NCBI GenBank assembly: GCA_951406725.2
Contig: OX597820.1
Span: forward strand, 81,034,001-81,098,000
Length of the DNA: 64,000 nt
From: Octopus vulgaris
Lineage: Eukaryota
Reading direction: 5' to 3'
Positions 37,110 through 50,688 of this stretch are shown here, one piece after another (within the stretch, counting starts at the first letter, position 1; each line of letters begins with the position of its first letter). The translations under genes were made by a program, and so were the position numbers. The notes below the pieces were generated by a model that did not search any database, was not told where the DNA came from, and was given only the letters and a program-made list of their open reading frames with translations.

Positions 37110-38713
37110 CTGTTAGTCTCTCATTTGCAAACTTAAATCTTAAATATACATTAACTATATGAAGATATGATCTACTGGTGGTCAGTAATGTAGTGACTTT
37201 GTTTTTAAAAAGACTAATTTTAGAAAAAAAAAATTATATATATATAAGGTGTTTACATACGACCCATCCCAGTTCTATCATAAAAACCAATACTCTTTTA
37301 ATTTGTTTTACTGAATCTCATCTCATCTCACCTCACTTTTTACACTAAACCTATTTAGCAGTCTTTATGTACTCAGCTAACACTAATTGTCACAAGTATA
37401 TGTGCATAATAAGACTTTGCTCATCCATAATTTTTCCTCATTCTTTTAGCAACAAAAAGCCATACTTCAAAACAATGCTATCTCTAGTGTATACAGTTTT
37501 AGTCTGTTAGTCATATAATATTTCATTATACATTGTGTTTACTTTAATTTCCATAACCTTAGTTGTTAACTACTGCTTGCTGTCTGTTTCAGTAAATTCC
37601 TGAGAGAATTTTTCAAGTCACAATAGCTTATATCTATTTTTATTCATCACATTAAAATCGATTTGATTTATAGTATGTTCATCAGGGGAAACCCATGTAT
37701 ATGGTTTTCACACATACTGCTTCAAACAAATGTTAAATTGCCTTCCACAGTAAAGCTGATTACTCATTGTCCACTTCCATTGATAACAACTGACCTGAAT
37801 CTTCTAACTATATTTGTTACATGTATTTTAGAATTTCTCACCCTTTCATATAAAATTTTAATGGTTATAACAACATATTATCAATGACTGATCAATGTAA
37901 GGGTCAAATTTCATTTAAGAAATTTCTTTTAGATAAAAAAAACAAGAAAACTTCCAGCTGTCTTTAGAATGAATACCCCATATTTCAAATTCCAAATATG
38001 AGATCAATGTGTCTGAAAATAAAGTCATCAATTAATAACAAATGCTATGTTTGATTGACAACCTGCTGACTAACTAATTATAATTTCTAACAGAGGAAGA
38101 ATATCAGACATTTGGGGAGAGGAGAGAGGAATTAATCAATTTAATCAATTCCTGGAAAAATTTCCCATCTTGTCCAGCATTTTAATGATTCTAACACTTC
38201 TCTGATAATAATAAGACATCACTGTATAATATTCTCATAGCATTTTATCAAAATTTTGTAAACTGTTCTCTTACAGAAATATTTAAGTTTTTTTTCTTCA
38301 TCTGTTATGATTACTAATTAGGTTAATACATATTTAACAGAGATTTTAATATATAAATAAAAGATCAAGAATAATCAACTTGGCTAATTAGCAGACAACC
38401 AAGGGTTACACTGAGTAAGTGTGTGTTATTATCAAGATCTTAAGTGAGTGACAAGGTAACTGACAAAAGGCCCAGTTCACCTTAAACTGCAGAGCAGCAA
38501 CAGCAACAACAGCCTTACAAATTTTACCAAAGGTTTATTAGCCTGCAGTAGTACTGAGATCAACTCCTGTATCTCTGGAAAGAACTAACAGTACAGTTAA
38601 CCAATTCTCTAAACTTATGTTGCAATCAAATCCTCACTTTCATAGGTTGTTTGTGATGTCTAATGTATAACAATCCATTCCACACCATTGAATTCATCAT
38701 ATATATATATATA

Positions 38714-41488
38714 AGGAGATGTCTTCCTGGGGCTATAAGCTACAGTAGCATCAACCCTTAAGGGTTAGCCATATTTAGGTGGCAAATATACTTCACAATG
38801 TCATGCAGCTGCTGTTTATACCTCACTCAGAGATTTATTATTGCTGGTTTCCACTTTTTTGAGATCAGTGACTTTTCGTCACTGAAAAAAGTATATATAT
38901 ATATATATATATTTGCATTGAGAACCACTTCCCATCATCAACCGGTTTTTTTGCGCCATTTTTCGGAATTTCTGTTACCCTGCTTTGTGAGTTTGCCTTT
39001 GGCTTGTTACCTATTTTGTTGATTTGTGTTTTACATGAATTTGAACTGTTGTCCGTTGTAAGACATTAATTTTTGCCCTACGGGGTAGCAAATTATTGTG
39101 GAACTTAGTTTAAAATATTATTTGTGAAAAATTATTTTTTTACCCATTGACTGGTTGTGTATTCTCTGTAATTTTGTCATTTTTCACAAAGTGTTGAAAA
39201 AGTTATAACGGAATTCAACATTGAATCCCAAAAAGACTTTCCCAAAATGAGAAAAGGAAATGAAAATTTAAGTCAAAAGGAAAAGGCTAAACAAAGTTTT
39301 TCAGAGACAGTGGGTGGCAACGTCACAGAGCTGGAAATTAAAATGGAACAGTTGTGCAAGTTTTGCAATTTCGTTAAAAAAAGTTACGGCAATACAAGAC
39401 TGTTGCCACCCCCTGAAACACTACAGGCAATAAACGCATGCACTGTAGTGTACAAAATATACAACATAAAGGAAAAGAAAATTAAAGACACAAAAATGAG
39501 ATAATAGAGAGGTGCTTGGCACCAATATGGAATTTAATATGCTACATTAGCTGCAGAACAACAAGTGCTACTGTTGAAGCACATTTCGAAACGGCTAACA
39601 TAGCCAAAGAAGTCTCAAGAATGATGAAATAATTCTGCTACCCATGTACTTGGGCCGCAGAGCAGCAAAAGTAACAATCGACAAAATTCCAGCAGGCAAT
39701 AAAAACCTGCACCACCTCCACCCACCCTTTCAGGGACAGCGCCCTTCCAGACCAGATCTGGACTAGGGCCTCCACTCTGCCTGTCACCTCACTCCAATTC
39801 TTCTTTGTCTTGGAATCTGGTCCAAACCTTACTCCGAGCAACAGGACCATCTGACCATTGTCCCTTACCTTGATTTGTGACTATGCAAATTAGTGCAACT
39901 TCTCTTCTGCTTTTTGTGGAAGGGAAAACTGCTTGTGAGGCACTCTGTATGCTGCCAAGAACTGCTAAAGGGTGGGTTAGGGATGCCGTGGCTATTGATG
40001 TACAGGCATGCACTGAGGCTAAGGCATCTCTGGCTCAACCTGTATGGTGGTCAGGTGTGGAATTCGCTTGCAGGGCCTCCACGACCGGCCTCCTTCGAGG
40101 AATTTACACCCGATTTGATTAAAAGACAGAATATGGCCGAATGGCAAAAAGAATGCTGAAAGGCACTCACACTAATCCACAGGGTGGGCAAGGCTGGCAG
40201 CGGGAATACCACCTCTGTATTTTATAAAGGGATGGTTGAGTATAAGAGTGATGATGTCCTAAAAGAGGCTCTGGGATTCGATGAGAACCAGCTAGCCAAC
40301 CTGTTTCAAAAAACCTTCAGGCCAGGGTATTTAGACAATTACAAAGATCCCTGACCTGGAAGTGTTACAGGGATGCATTACCTGTCTGTGATAAATTGTC
40401 CAGGCATGGAATATCAGTGTCACTGGCATTCCCACGGTGCAGGCAGGATGATGAAACTGTTCTGCACTCTCTTGTACAGTGCCCAGAGATTTCAGGCTTG
40501 ATAATTTATGTAGAACACATGTGGTCGCACCTAGGAAGAGTACAGCTATCAGCTGAGTCAGTGATAAAAACTGTACAGCCAACCGGACTATCAAAGGAAG
40601 GTGAGGCATGTTTTCTGTATATGGTCACAGTAATGAAAGAGTGTGCATGGAGAACCAGAATGCAAGGAATCATGACAGGATCCTTCAACTCCAACCCTGG
40701 TTTGCTATTCTACTTCAGGTACCATCTGAAGAGCAAGATAGGGCTGGAGAGAAGATACCTGTTGCAAAGTATATATAAGAAAAGATGGAAGGATGTCGTT
40801 AGGAAGTTGGGAGTGACTGTCCCTATTTAATTCCACCCATGGTAGAAGCGAGTTGTAATTGCTGGCCTTCCGGCCATATTTTGTGAAAATAAGTTTGTGA
40901 AAATTGTTTATTTATATATATATGTGATTCATCAAATTTTAAAATATAAACTCATTTTTAATTTATATATATATATATATATGATTCATCAAATTTTTAA
41001 ATATAAACTCACTTAGTATATTTATATGTTTGTAATGTTCTGTATTGACCTTCTTTGTAATACATATTTATCATCATAATAAAAAAAAATAGTGGTTGTC
41101 ACACACTGATGATGGTAAATATACTTCATGATGTTGTGCAGCTACTGTTTATACCTTGCTCAGAAATTTATTATTGTTTGTTTCCACTTTTTTGAGATCA
41201 GTGACTTTTCATCACCAGAAAAAGTATATATATATATTTGCATTGAGAACCACTTCCTATCGACAACTGGTAGTTGTCACATGCTGATGACAAGTCAATA
41301 CCCAGAAACTCGGGTCTGTGTGTATCACGTCAGGCTGGAGATGGGAAAGATAACTTCCTTTTGAAAATACTGATAGGGCACAGAAAGCATGTCAATAGCC
41401 AGCTGGAGGAGATGTCTTCCTGGGGCTACAAGCTACAGTAGCATCAACCCTTAAGGGGTAACCATATTTAGGTGGCAAATATACTTCA

Positions 41489-41490
<2 letters not shown>
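38714..41490 (+). repeat. ~360-bp hammerhead-bearing repeat in partial tandem copies (38714-38945 and 41090-41490), split by a LINE
   Basis: TGG(C/T)AAATATACTTC recurs at 41113 and 41473. Segments are shared with 38714-38945. Hammerhead-like CACATG-CTGATGA...GAAAC-TCGG-GTC-TGTGTG at 41278-41322. Confidence 0.7.
38946..41089 (+). mobile_element. L1/Tx1-clade LINE with internal deletion and inversion
   Basis: ORF1-like start at 39247 (to ...LPMYLGRRAAKVTIDKIPA). Inverted ORF2 piece at ~39694-39863 (NWSEVTGRVEALVQIWSGRALSLKG). Then LFCFLWKG...GGLGMP and the zf-RVT-like PRCRQDDETVLHSLVQCP. Ends AATAAAAAAAAA. Confidence 0.85.
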
Positions 41491-41523
<33 letters not shown>

Positions 41524-43534
41524 TTCCTTTGCTACAAGAAATGTACACACATTACAACATCCTTAGTAAGGAAAGCTGTTGAGAATGACATCATACTGCC
41601 CATTTCTGTTTTTACAAATCAAAATGTTTCAGCTTTATATAATTTTGTATTTAATAAAACGTTTTAGAATTTTCCAGAGTAACTTTTAATATTTCATATC
41701 TTAACCCAATGTGCATAATGTAAATTGGTTTGCATAATAGTCCACCTCAGATGTTAGCTTATAACAAGTTATGTCTGTTATACTATACAATATTAATAAA
41801 ACAGCCATACTCACTTATAGGGTATTGTAGCAGATCATTGTTTAGAATCAAAACTCTGATATTTCTGCCTAGATTAGGGCATTGTTTTTGGCCATAGTAA
41901 ACACACCTGACATTAATTTCAAACAATTATATTTGTGGTGGGTATGATAAGTTGTCAGCTGCTTTCAAAGACTTGCTATTTTGTGCTAAAATGTAGGCAG
42001 AACATTCTGAAACATTCTGTTTTCATTGTTTTCTGTTTTTTCTTTTAAGAAATTAGCTTCAATTCAATCTTTTTACCAGAGATGTTTAAATGCAACCAAA
42101 GGTACTATCTCATGACAGGCCATTAAAAGACTTTTCTTTCACATCACTTTTCTGCATTTGTATCTGACATCATTCCATTTCTGTCTTACATCCACACAAT
42201 GGGAGACAACAAACACAACATATTTTGCATACATACACTTCTTATATAATCCTTCTTCTCTCTTATACTATAATAAACAATAAAGATAATATTCGTATAT
42301 ATTTCTCATATCCTCATTTATACTGAACTTTTTCTCCTAGTCATTTCAAGTTTTCTGATAGTCAACTAATGAGAATGAACACATTGAGAATATAACATTA
42401 TCTCTTTGTTATTCATCCTTAAGCATTAGTCTTATATGCAACATTTCCTTTTGCATTACATTTAGTAACATAATTATTCTCAATTATTATTGACAACTCT
42501 ATTTGGTCTCCTATCATTAATTTCTCTTCAACATTTATTCTTAGTTATAGCACAAACTCTTCTAATTATTTATATGACATATACTCTTCTAATTATTTAT
42601 ATGGTGTATACTCTTCAACCCAATTTTATACTTGCTACAAAAACATGGATGTCAAATAGACAGAATGAAGAAAAAAAATTGAATAGAAGACTTAATGCAA
42701 TACCTGATTTGCTGCCACCACCACCACCACCACTTGATCCATAGATGTCTTTAACAGAATCAGGATATTGTTGCAAAGCTTACTTTTGTATTCTAATCCT
42801 GATAAAAAGGACTTTATCATTCAATCATTGGGGTTAGCTAGAATAGGTGTAGGAGTCAATATAAATGAATTTCGGATGAGGGCCGCCAAAATGCACCTAT
42901 ATAAGAAATTATTGTTGTGGGTCAGGGTGCAATATTTGTGCTTGATTTCGATTAGTCACAATAGAACTTTTTATATGTGTAATTCCTAGTAATGTTAATT
43001 TATTTTACATGTTATGTACATGTATAAGCCCTTCCTTTAATGGTAGTTACATTGTGAATGGTTAAAAAAAGAATTATTTCATCAACCAGAATAAGAAGAA
43101 AGTTTTGATATAGAAAAATGCCAATCAAATTAATTCACAGAGATCCTTATTTTCCAAATTTAGAATTCTAAAATCCAGAAATGTATAACACACTAATGTA
43201 AGCCATCAATACTACTGTCATTTCACACATCCAACCAGCAAAATATTATGTTCAACTATTTTTATTGCATTTGTCTGAATGGTTCAGTGATTCATTCTGA
43301 GATTACTGAAGCAAGAAAGTTCAAATTAATAATAGTCAAGCAAAATAAAAGTGTTCAGGTTATTTTAAAATACAGTATCTAGGCTGAAATCAACTCCAGG
43401 TAATAAGCCATGTGCTGGATGAGCCAGGAGGTATGTATACACAAAATCAAACTAAAATACAACAGAAATATGTACAAACAAATAAGCACTGCTACAACTT
43501 TCAGCAGCAATAGTAGTAAAAAAAACATTCACAC

Positions 43535-43845
43535 AGTAAGAAGCTTGCTTCTCAACCACATGGTTCTGGGTTCAGTCCCACTGTATGACACCTTGGGCAA
43601 GTATATCCCATAAACAAACTTAATGGTTAAGTGTGTGTGCTTGTCCCCCACCACTGCTTGACAACAGGTGGTGGTGTGTTCATGTCCCCAATACTTAGCA
43701 GTTTGGCAAAAGAGACCAATAGAATAAGTACTAGGCTTCAAAAAATAATAAGTCCTGAGGTTGATTCATTTGACTAAGACCCTTCAAGGTGGTTTCCCAG
43801 CATAGCTACAGTCTGATGAGTGAAACAAGTAAAAGATAAAAGATA
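43535..43845 (+). mobile_element. CORE-like tRNA-SINE (family 2), internally deleted
   Basis: GGTTCAGTCCC B-box, ACCTTGGGCAAGT, and a 3' ...TGAAACAAGTAAAAGAT tail. Further copies at ~24880-25145, 28056-28270, 44690-44835, 46555-46848, 51400-51805, 61370-61740 and 63745-63880. Confidence 0.8.
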
Positions 43846-46100
43846 TCTAAAATAATTAAATTCTAGTTTTTTTGTCATTCATTCTTATTCATCGTTTAAT
43901 ACTGTATATGATCATCCCATACATATCATTATCATTAGCAACAGTAGCAATTAATGTCTGTTTTCATGCTGGCATGGGTTGTATGGTTTGACGGAAGTTG
44001 GTAAGGCTGGGAGTTGCACCAGGTTCCATTGTCTGTTTTGGCATGGTTTCTACAGCTAGATGTCCTTCCTAATGCCAGCCACCTTACAGAGTAGCCTAGG
44101 TGGTTTTTACATGGCACCATCATCATCAGGGTGTGGCTTTGTACCAGATGAAAGATTAAGGGTATAGAGGAACAAAGATGGGTGTCTTGCTATAGAGTAG
44201 ATACATGGATACCTCAGTTGGAAAAGAAAGGAGAGTGAGTTAGGCAATAAGATAGAGAGAGTGATTGTGGGAGAGATGATGGTGAAGATACGTTATAAAT
44301 ATAAATATATATTTCTGTATGTGTAAAGTAACAGTTTTAGAAAAAAACTATTGGCTTCATATCTAGTGTGAACTAAACATATCATCAGTTTCCCAAAACA
44401 ACTGTTCTCTGCAAAGAATGTTTTTTAAAAAACATCATCAGCATCACCCCAATCGTTTTTAATGTTCACCATTTCACACTTGCATGGATTGGATGGAATT
44501 TGTTGAGAAGGATTTTTTACAACCTGCTGCCATTCCTGTTGCCAACCCTCACCTATTTCCAAGTAAAGTAATATTCCTCCATGAACAGATATGCTTACAC
44601 AAATATTTTAAATAAAGAACAGCCATTTATAACTATCAAATGATGTTGAGGTAAAGAGATAATACCACAGGCACAGATACGCACACAAACACACACATAA
44701 GGCTTTGGTTGGCCTAGGACTATTGTAGAAGACACTTGCCCAAGGTAGTGGGACTGAACCTAGAATCACGCAGTTGGGAAACAAGCTTTTTACCAAACAG
44801 CTATGCTAGCACCTAAAAGCCATGCCTGCACCTATAGCCACTTATATGTGTGAGTGTGTGTATGTGTGTCTATGTGTGTGCTTATGTTTATGTGCATGTG
44901 TGTGTGTGTGTGTCTTTGTCTTGACATGAAGGGGATTCATAGAATGATGCTCTAACTTACAGCATAACTATTCTAGTGAACTTGTACTGCAGCCAACCTC
45001 TTTCACTGCAGACATTCAGGTGTAAGATTGTATTGATTGTAATTCTGAAGTTTGGACTTAACCTGAAATCTTTCTGATACACCAAGTTGTAAGAGTGTGA
45101 ATGACTGGCTGTATGTGATATCAGTTCAGCATTCGAGAGCATGTTATTTACCGTAATAGATTTGCATTGTCTCAAAATGCCTGAAGTAATTGTGATAAGA
45201 GTAGTTAATGCTTATACAACGAATAAAAATTGTTGATCACCAAATCAATAAAATTAATGACCATTTACTTAAGAACCAGTCATAAGTTGTTCATCTCACA
45301 TAGTTAAAACTATGTTACAGTTCTATGGCTAACATTATTAACACAATTCTCTAGCTCTATAGCTCTACCATATAGTAAAATACTTCACCGTTGTTAATTA
45401 ACAGCAGCTTTATAAAAGTAACAATTGTTTCAGAAGGATATATCGCTAGTTGTTGTTTTACTTGAAAACCAAGTCTTCAGTGATGTCCCCCACACCATGA
45501 AGTTGTAGTAGCAACTATTTATTTATCAGAGATTAATTGTTAAAGTGCTCCTGACATTTTACTAGCACTTACTTTATTAACCCAGAGAGAATTTAAGGCT
45601 GAACCAATTCAAGGAGTATTTGGACTGTGAATGGGACTGAAATGTTTTTTTGCCTGGAAGCATACTGTTTATAGCAATTTATGACATTAGAGAAGATTGT
45701 GCCATGAAGATCTGTTTGATCATGGATGGCTTAGGGTTAAACAACAACAATAGTAGCAGCAACTAATGGCTGGAATTTTAAAAGATTATATTTGATTGCT
45801 AGATTGATTAGTGATTTCAAATGTTAAATGAACATTCATTGTCTGATTTAAAAAAAAATTAATTCCTTATATAAACAAAGATATGTATAACTCAATTGCT
45901 GATTTCCTCTCCTCCTAAAATAAATTGTCTTTGAGTCCAATCAAACAAAAGTATATATTAAACATTATTTACAATTTTAGGTGCCAGGAAAACCTGGAAC
46001 TTAGGTATTAAGTAATGGATCTTTCTACTTTATCTTTCAGTCTCAGATGAATGGAGTTTATTTATGATTATGTAAAGTTAACAAAGAGACAGATATTTAC

Positions 46101-46257
46101 CTGGGGTGGTTGAATATGCAAATAGGAAATCAGCTTCAGTTGGAACTGTTCTCATAATGACATCAGCTGAAGCTACAGCATCTACACTATCGTCTTCAGT
46201 GAAAGAAGAACCATCAACTACTTCTACACCATCATCCATTTTGGTTCCTCGACATGC
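46101..46257 (-). CDS. Caspase-3/7-like exon: catalytic Cys and inter-subunit linker
   Basis: ttctag|GCA TGT CGA GGA ... ACC CCA G|gtaaat gives ACRGTKMDDGVEVVDGSSFTEDDSVDAVASADVIMRTVPTEADFLFAYSTTP(G). Completes QACRG with the upstream exon. Too short for the ORF track. Confidence 0.96.
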
Positions 46258-47129
46258 CTAGAAACAATGAAATAGAAAGTGAAAGTAAATACCAACATCT
46301 GTTTGATCTGTGCTAAAGGGAAATTAGTCAATAAAGACAAGAGGGATTCAATGTTTCTTAAAGCTACACAAAGCTGAGGTTGGGGATGATATTATTAAGT
46401 TGTCCTTGGCAAGGATGTAACAATATGAGGTGGTGTCAAAACGTTCCTGGACTAATTCTGTAATGCACCAACAGATGGCAGCACACTGTTGTATGCACAG
46501 TGAAAGCTAGCAGTGACCTTTATGAGGCAGTGTGTTGAGTGACATTGCTGTGTTTACTTATTCTATCAGTATCTTTTGTTGAACTGCTAAGTTACAGGGA
46601 TGTAAACACACCAACATTGATTGTCAAGGGATGGTGGGGGGACAAATACAGACACTCACACAAACATATATATATATATATATATACATATATACGACGG
46701 GCTTCTTTCAGTTTCCATCTACCAAATCCACTCACAAGGCTTTGATCAGCCTGAGGCTATAGAAGAAGATACTTGCCCAAGGTGCCATGCAGTGGGACTG
46801 AAACCAGAACCATGTGGTTGGGAAGTAAGCTACTTACCACACAGCACACTCCTGGGCTTCACAAATTTAAATATTCATTACATTCACTGTGGAGTATCCC
46901 ATTTTCATTTGCAAAGTCTCTCACTTTCTCTTTCAATGTTTCCATTTCAAGTTTTAATTCACTATTTGGAAACCAACAGTTTATTGTATTAATGTATACG
47001 TAATGTAAAAATATTACTGATTGAATGAACACTTTTTAAAATACCCAAATAATTTTTGTAAAAAGGTTTAAAAGTGATTTTGTTGTTATGGTTGTTTGGA
47101 ATGCTATAAGCCTTACAATAATAACTATC

Positions 47130-47876
47130 TGGACCGATTTTGGCCATTTCTTTTTTAACTTAAAAACCATGGGAGGAGCCTTTTTGGTAAAAAAAAGCAA
47201 AACAGATAGTAAATATTTTCAGAGGAAAGGTAAACAATTCAAGGGAGGTTTCGCTGTTGTTTCTAGTACAACCCAAACAACTCTCCCTTTTCACTCTCAC
47301 ATGTATTGACGTTTTTTTCAATAGTTTTTCTCCTATTCACACATTTTATGGAATGATGAAGCTGAAGTAACACATGCATGGTCCATTGGTGGATTATAGG
47401 CAACAAAATAAATTGTAATCTAAATTTTTACCCCACCTCAATCAAACGAAGCCATGTGTGTGTGTAAGAAAAATCATTTTCTGACCAAAGTATGCTATTA
47501 AAAGGAATTATCATTTGCATAACTTTCTTAAAATCACTGTGGATAAATGCCAGCAATGACCTTCTCAGGCTCTCTAATATATTAATTTCTAAACAGGAAC
47601 AATCAGGGGCAGGGAGTGGGGTTGCAAAAAATTCATATTTTCTCAAATTTTCTTTTTTTATAGCATATAAATGTATTTATGAGGAAAAAGCATTTTAAAA
47701 CATCAATACATGCAAGAGTATTAGGAGGGTCGTCTTTAGATGTACTAGAAACAACAGCCAAATCGCCCTTAAATCATTCACTTTTACCTCTGGAAATATT
47801 AACAATTTTTTTTTTTTTAATCGAAAATGCTCTTATGGTTTTGAAGTGCCATAAAAATTGGCCAAAATAGGTTCAG
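47130..47876. mobile_element. Old element with ~180-bp inverted arms (MITE/foldback-like)
   Basis: 47130-47315 is the diverged reverse complement of 47697-47876 (e.g. GCTGTTGTTTCTAGTACA / TGTACTAGAAACAACAGC). Confidence 0.7.
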
Positions 47877-48541
47877 AGTGGGTTGATGAGGGAGTAGGGT
47901 GTCAGAAAAAATTGTTTTCAAAACATTTTTTCATACGAAGATGCCCCCCCCCCCCCCCAACCCCCATCATTTCGAAGGTTGAGATTTAAAAAAAAGTGCA
48001 TGTAATAAATAGATACCTTGTGTATATAGTATATATACTATCTTATACTACAAAGCACGAATATGTATGTAGATTGTTATTATAATATTAGATAAATATA
48101 GTGCCTAACCTCTCTTCTTCCAATGATATTTTCAAGAAAGCAGCCCCCCACCTACTATGATAAATGATGGCATTATGTTGCTGAAGTTGCTTTTGTTTAT
48201 TTAACTCCATCTTAACACTGACTGAGCAAACATATTTAAGTGTAATAAATGTTATGCCACAAGAAAGAAAAGGTTTTGTCTGAAATATTAGACATCTTTT
48301 ATTAAATTATGGCATCACATTTATTCCATTGTTTGAATTCACAAACCATTTCTAGTTTCTTGAGATTCTATGACTGATGAAAGATATTCCAGCTGTGAAT
48401 ACTGACTCTTATTTCATCCATATGTTATATAAGACTGCATTACCCATTGCTGATTCTCTGCTGATTCTAGCTGGTTGACCATCCATGTACAGGCTCCCTT
48501 ATTGGCATATTTATTTCATTTTCTATTTTGCACTTTATGAA

Positions 48542-48838
48542 CAACAGCATCATTAGAGTTTTCAACTGTTCAATCATTTCCTTACTGTATTTTTGTTAGT
48601 GAGAGTGGTAAGGGAGAGTTTGTAATTTGGTAAAGAACAAATTTCACAATAGGCTTTGTGCAAAAGTAACAGCTTTTGGTTTTCTAGCCAACAGCATCAT
48701 TAGAGTTTTCAACTGTTCAATCATTTCATTACTGTATTTTTGATAGTGAGAGTGGTAAGGGAGTGTTTGTAATTTGGTACAGAACAAATTTCACAATAGG
48801 CTTTGTGTAAAAGTAACAGCTTTTGGTTTTCTAGCCAA
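48542..48838. repeat. Recent 147-bp tandem duplication
   Basis: CAACAGCATCATTAGAGTTTTC starts at 48542 and 48689; few mismatches. Confidence 0.92.
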
Positions 48839-49392
48839 TATTTATGTATTTTACTGATGTATACTGGTAGAACACACACACACTCATGCATTCATGCACA
48901 GCCACTGCTGCTGCCATCATCATCCTCATCCTCATCATTATAATCATCATTAGTTTTCATATCCGGTTGCATGACAAACTTTTCATCTTTCAATTTTCAT
49001 CTGCCAAATTTTGATCATAAGACACTGATCAGTTTAAGACTGCTAATGATGTGCAGTGGATTGAACTCAGAAACATGGTTATGATCATGTCTGTGTCCAT
49101 GTTGATTTTAATAGTTATTATTGGTTAGCCTTAGGTAAGGCCCAATCAAACAGACCAAATGCATTTCAGCTGTGACCATCTATCCTTTATTCAGACAATA
49201 TTCCAACAAGCATGGAAAATAGATGGTAAATGGTGATAATGGATCAAAAACTACATGAAATGAGTCCTGCTATTTTGAATATAGCAGTGCACTGATTTGA
49301 AGGAGATTTAACTGCAATTTTAAGCAGAATGAACAAACAGCTCCTATTTCTAATAACAGTAAAAATATAAGTTATGTAGGTGTAATACTTAC

Positions 49393-49568
49393 TTGAATAA
49401 AAAATAACTTTGGTTTTCCAACCAAACTGGGAGCTCTATCTCCTTTGAAAGGGAGTACCAGAATATTAAGTGGTACAGACCCATCTGTGGCATAAACAGC
49501 TCCTTCTCTACCATGTGAAAGAATGGCTACTCCAAAACAGTCAACATCTGAATGGTCCTTGCTGGCCA
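49393..49568 (-). CDS. Caspase-3/7-like exon: catalytic His region of the large subunit
   Basis: ttttttcaag|TG GCC ... ATT CAA|gtaagt gives [58 protein letters not shown] (LSHG and GKPKLFFIQ motifs). Confidence 0.96.
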
Positions 49569-50270
49569 CTTGAAAAAAAAAATTGTAAAATATATTTAAG
49601 TATACATTATATATATAAATATCATAAACATTTTTTTTAAGGATATCTTGATATTTCATGATTTTATTTTCATAATGCAATTTCAAGATCAGGAATGTTA
49701 TTTCTACTACCAAAATTGTGGTTTTGTCTTAGAAATGAATTCTATAATCAATAGAATCTTAAGAGCACCACTAGATGTAAATTTCACTTTACCAGGTTAG
49801 CTTGGATGCTTTCTCTAGAGCTAGTTTTGAATATAGTATTGACAGCCTAGTTAATTTCACCACTATACTTTGACTGCAGTCTCTGGTGGGGTGGCTACGT
49901 TGTTAGGCTGAGTTTGGTTTAAGTGTTTTCACTACAGACAATGCAGCAAGGGAAACAGGAAGGGAAATGAATTACTGATTATTTCATTTGGCTCCTCAGC
50001 ATCTCAACAGTACAGTTTAATGGATGAGAACACTACATTATGATTGATTAAGGGGCAGTGTAGTCAATTCAACATCGATATTAGATTGGTATTTATTTCA
50101 TAAAACTGGGTTGGATGCAAGATAAGGTTAGCTACAAGATTTGGATTCAAAAAGCAAAGATGTATGACTAAATACTATGACTGAATACTGTAAGACATTC
50201 AGTTTAACACTACCATTGCTGCTACTCTGTATGTTATTCTAAAGATATTAATGTTCCAAACAGACAATTT

Positions 50271-50688
50271 GGATCTTTTCGGTTTGAATGGCAGTTTTTT
50301 CTAGCGGTGTCATATGAATTTGTCACCCATAATTATGATCCTAGTATTGATCTATTGCATTTCAATCTGTTTTAGGGTTAGGGTTAGGGGTGGGGGGAAG
50401 GGTATCTTTTTTTCTTCACAAATATAAATAAACCCAATCTGTTTCTTAAATGAGGGACATATTCATACGGCACAGAATGTTTTTTTACCTCAATAGTGTC
50501 AGTGATTGGTTGAAATTGCAGAAATTGAAGAAAAAAAACAACAAATATCTTACAAATTATATAATTTTCTCAATAAAGCCAAGAGAAAAAGATGTTTTAT
50601 AAACACATTCTACCAGCATACGAAGTTTAAAAGTGTTTAGTTATGTGGAAATTATTTTAAAAAACTGCCATTCAAACCGAAAAGATTT
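50271..50688. mobile_element. MITE with ~30-bp TIRs and 8-bp TSD (Merlin-like)
   Basis: GGATCTTTTCGGTTTGAATGGCAGTTTTTT / AAAAAACTGCCATTCAAACCGAAAAGATTT. Flanks GACAATTT / GGCAATTT. Short internal (TTAGGG)3. Confidence 0.8.

Noticed and set aside
48542-48838. Nucleosome-positioning significance of the 147-bp duplication
   Set aside because: Only two copies; the length match is most likely coincidental.
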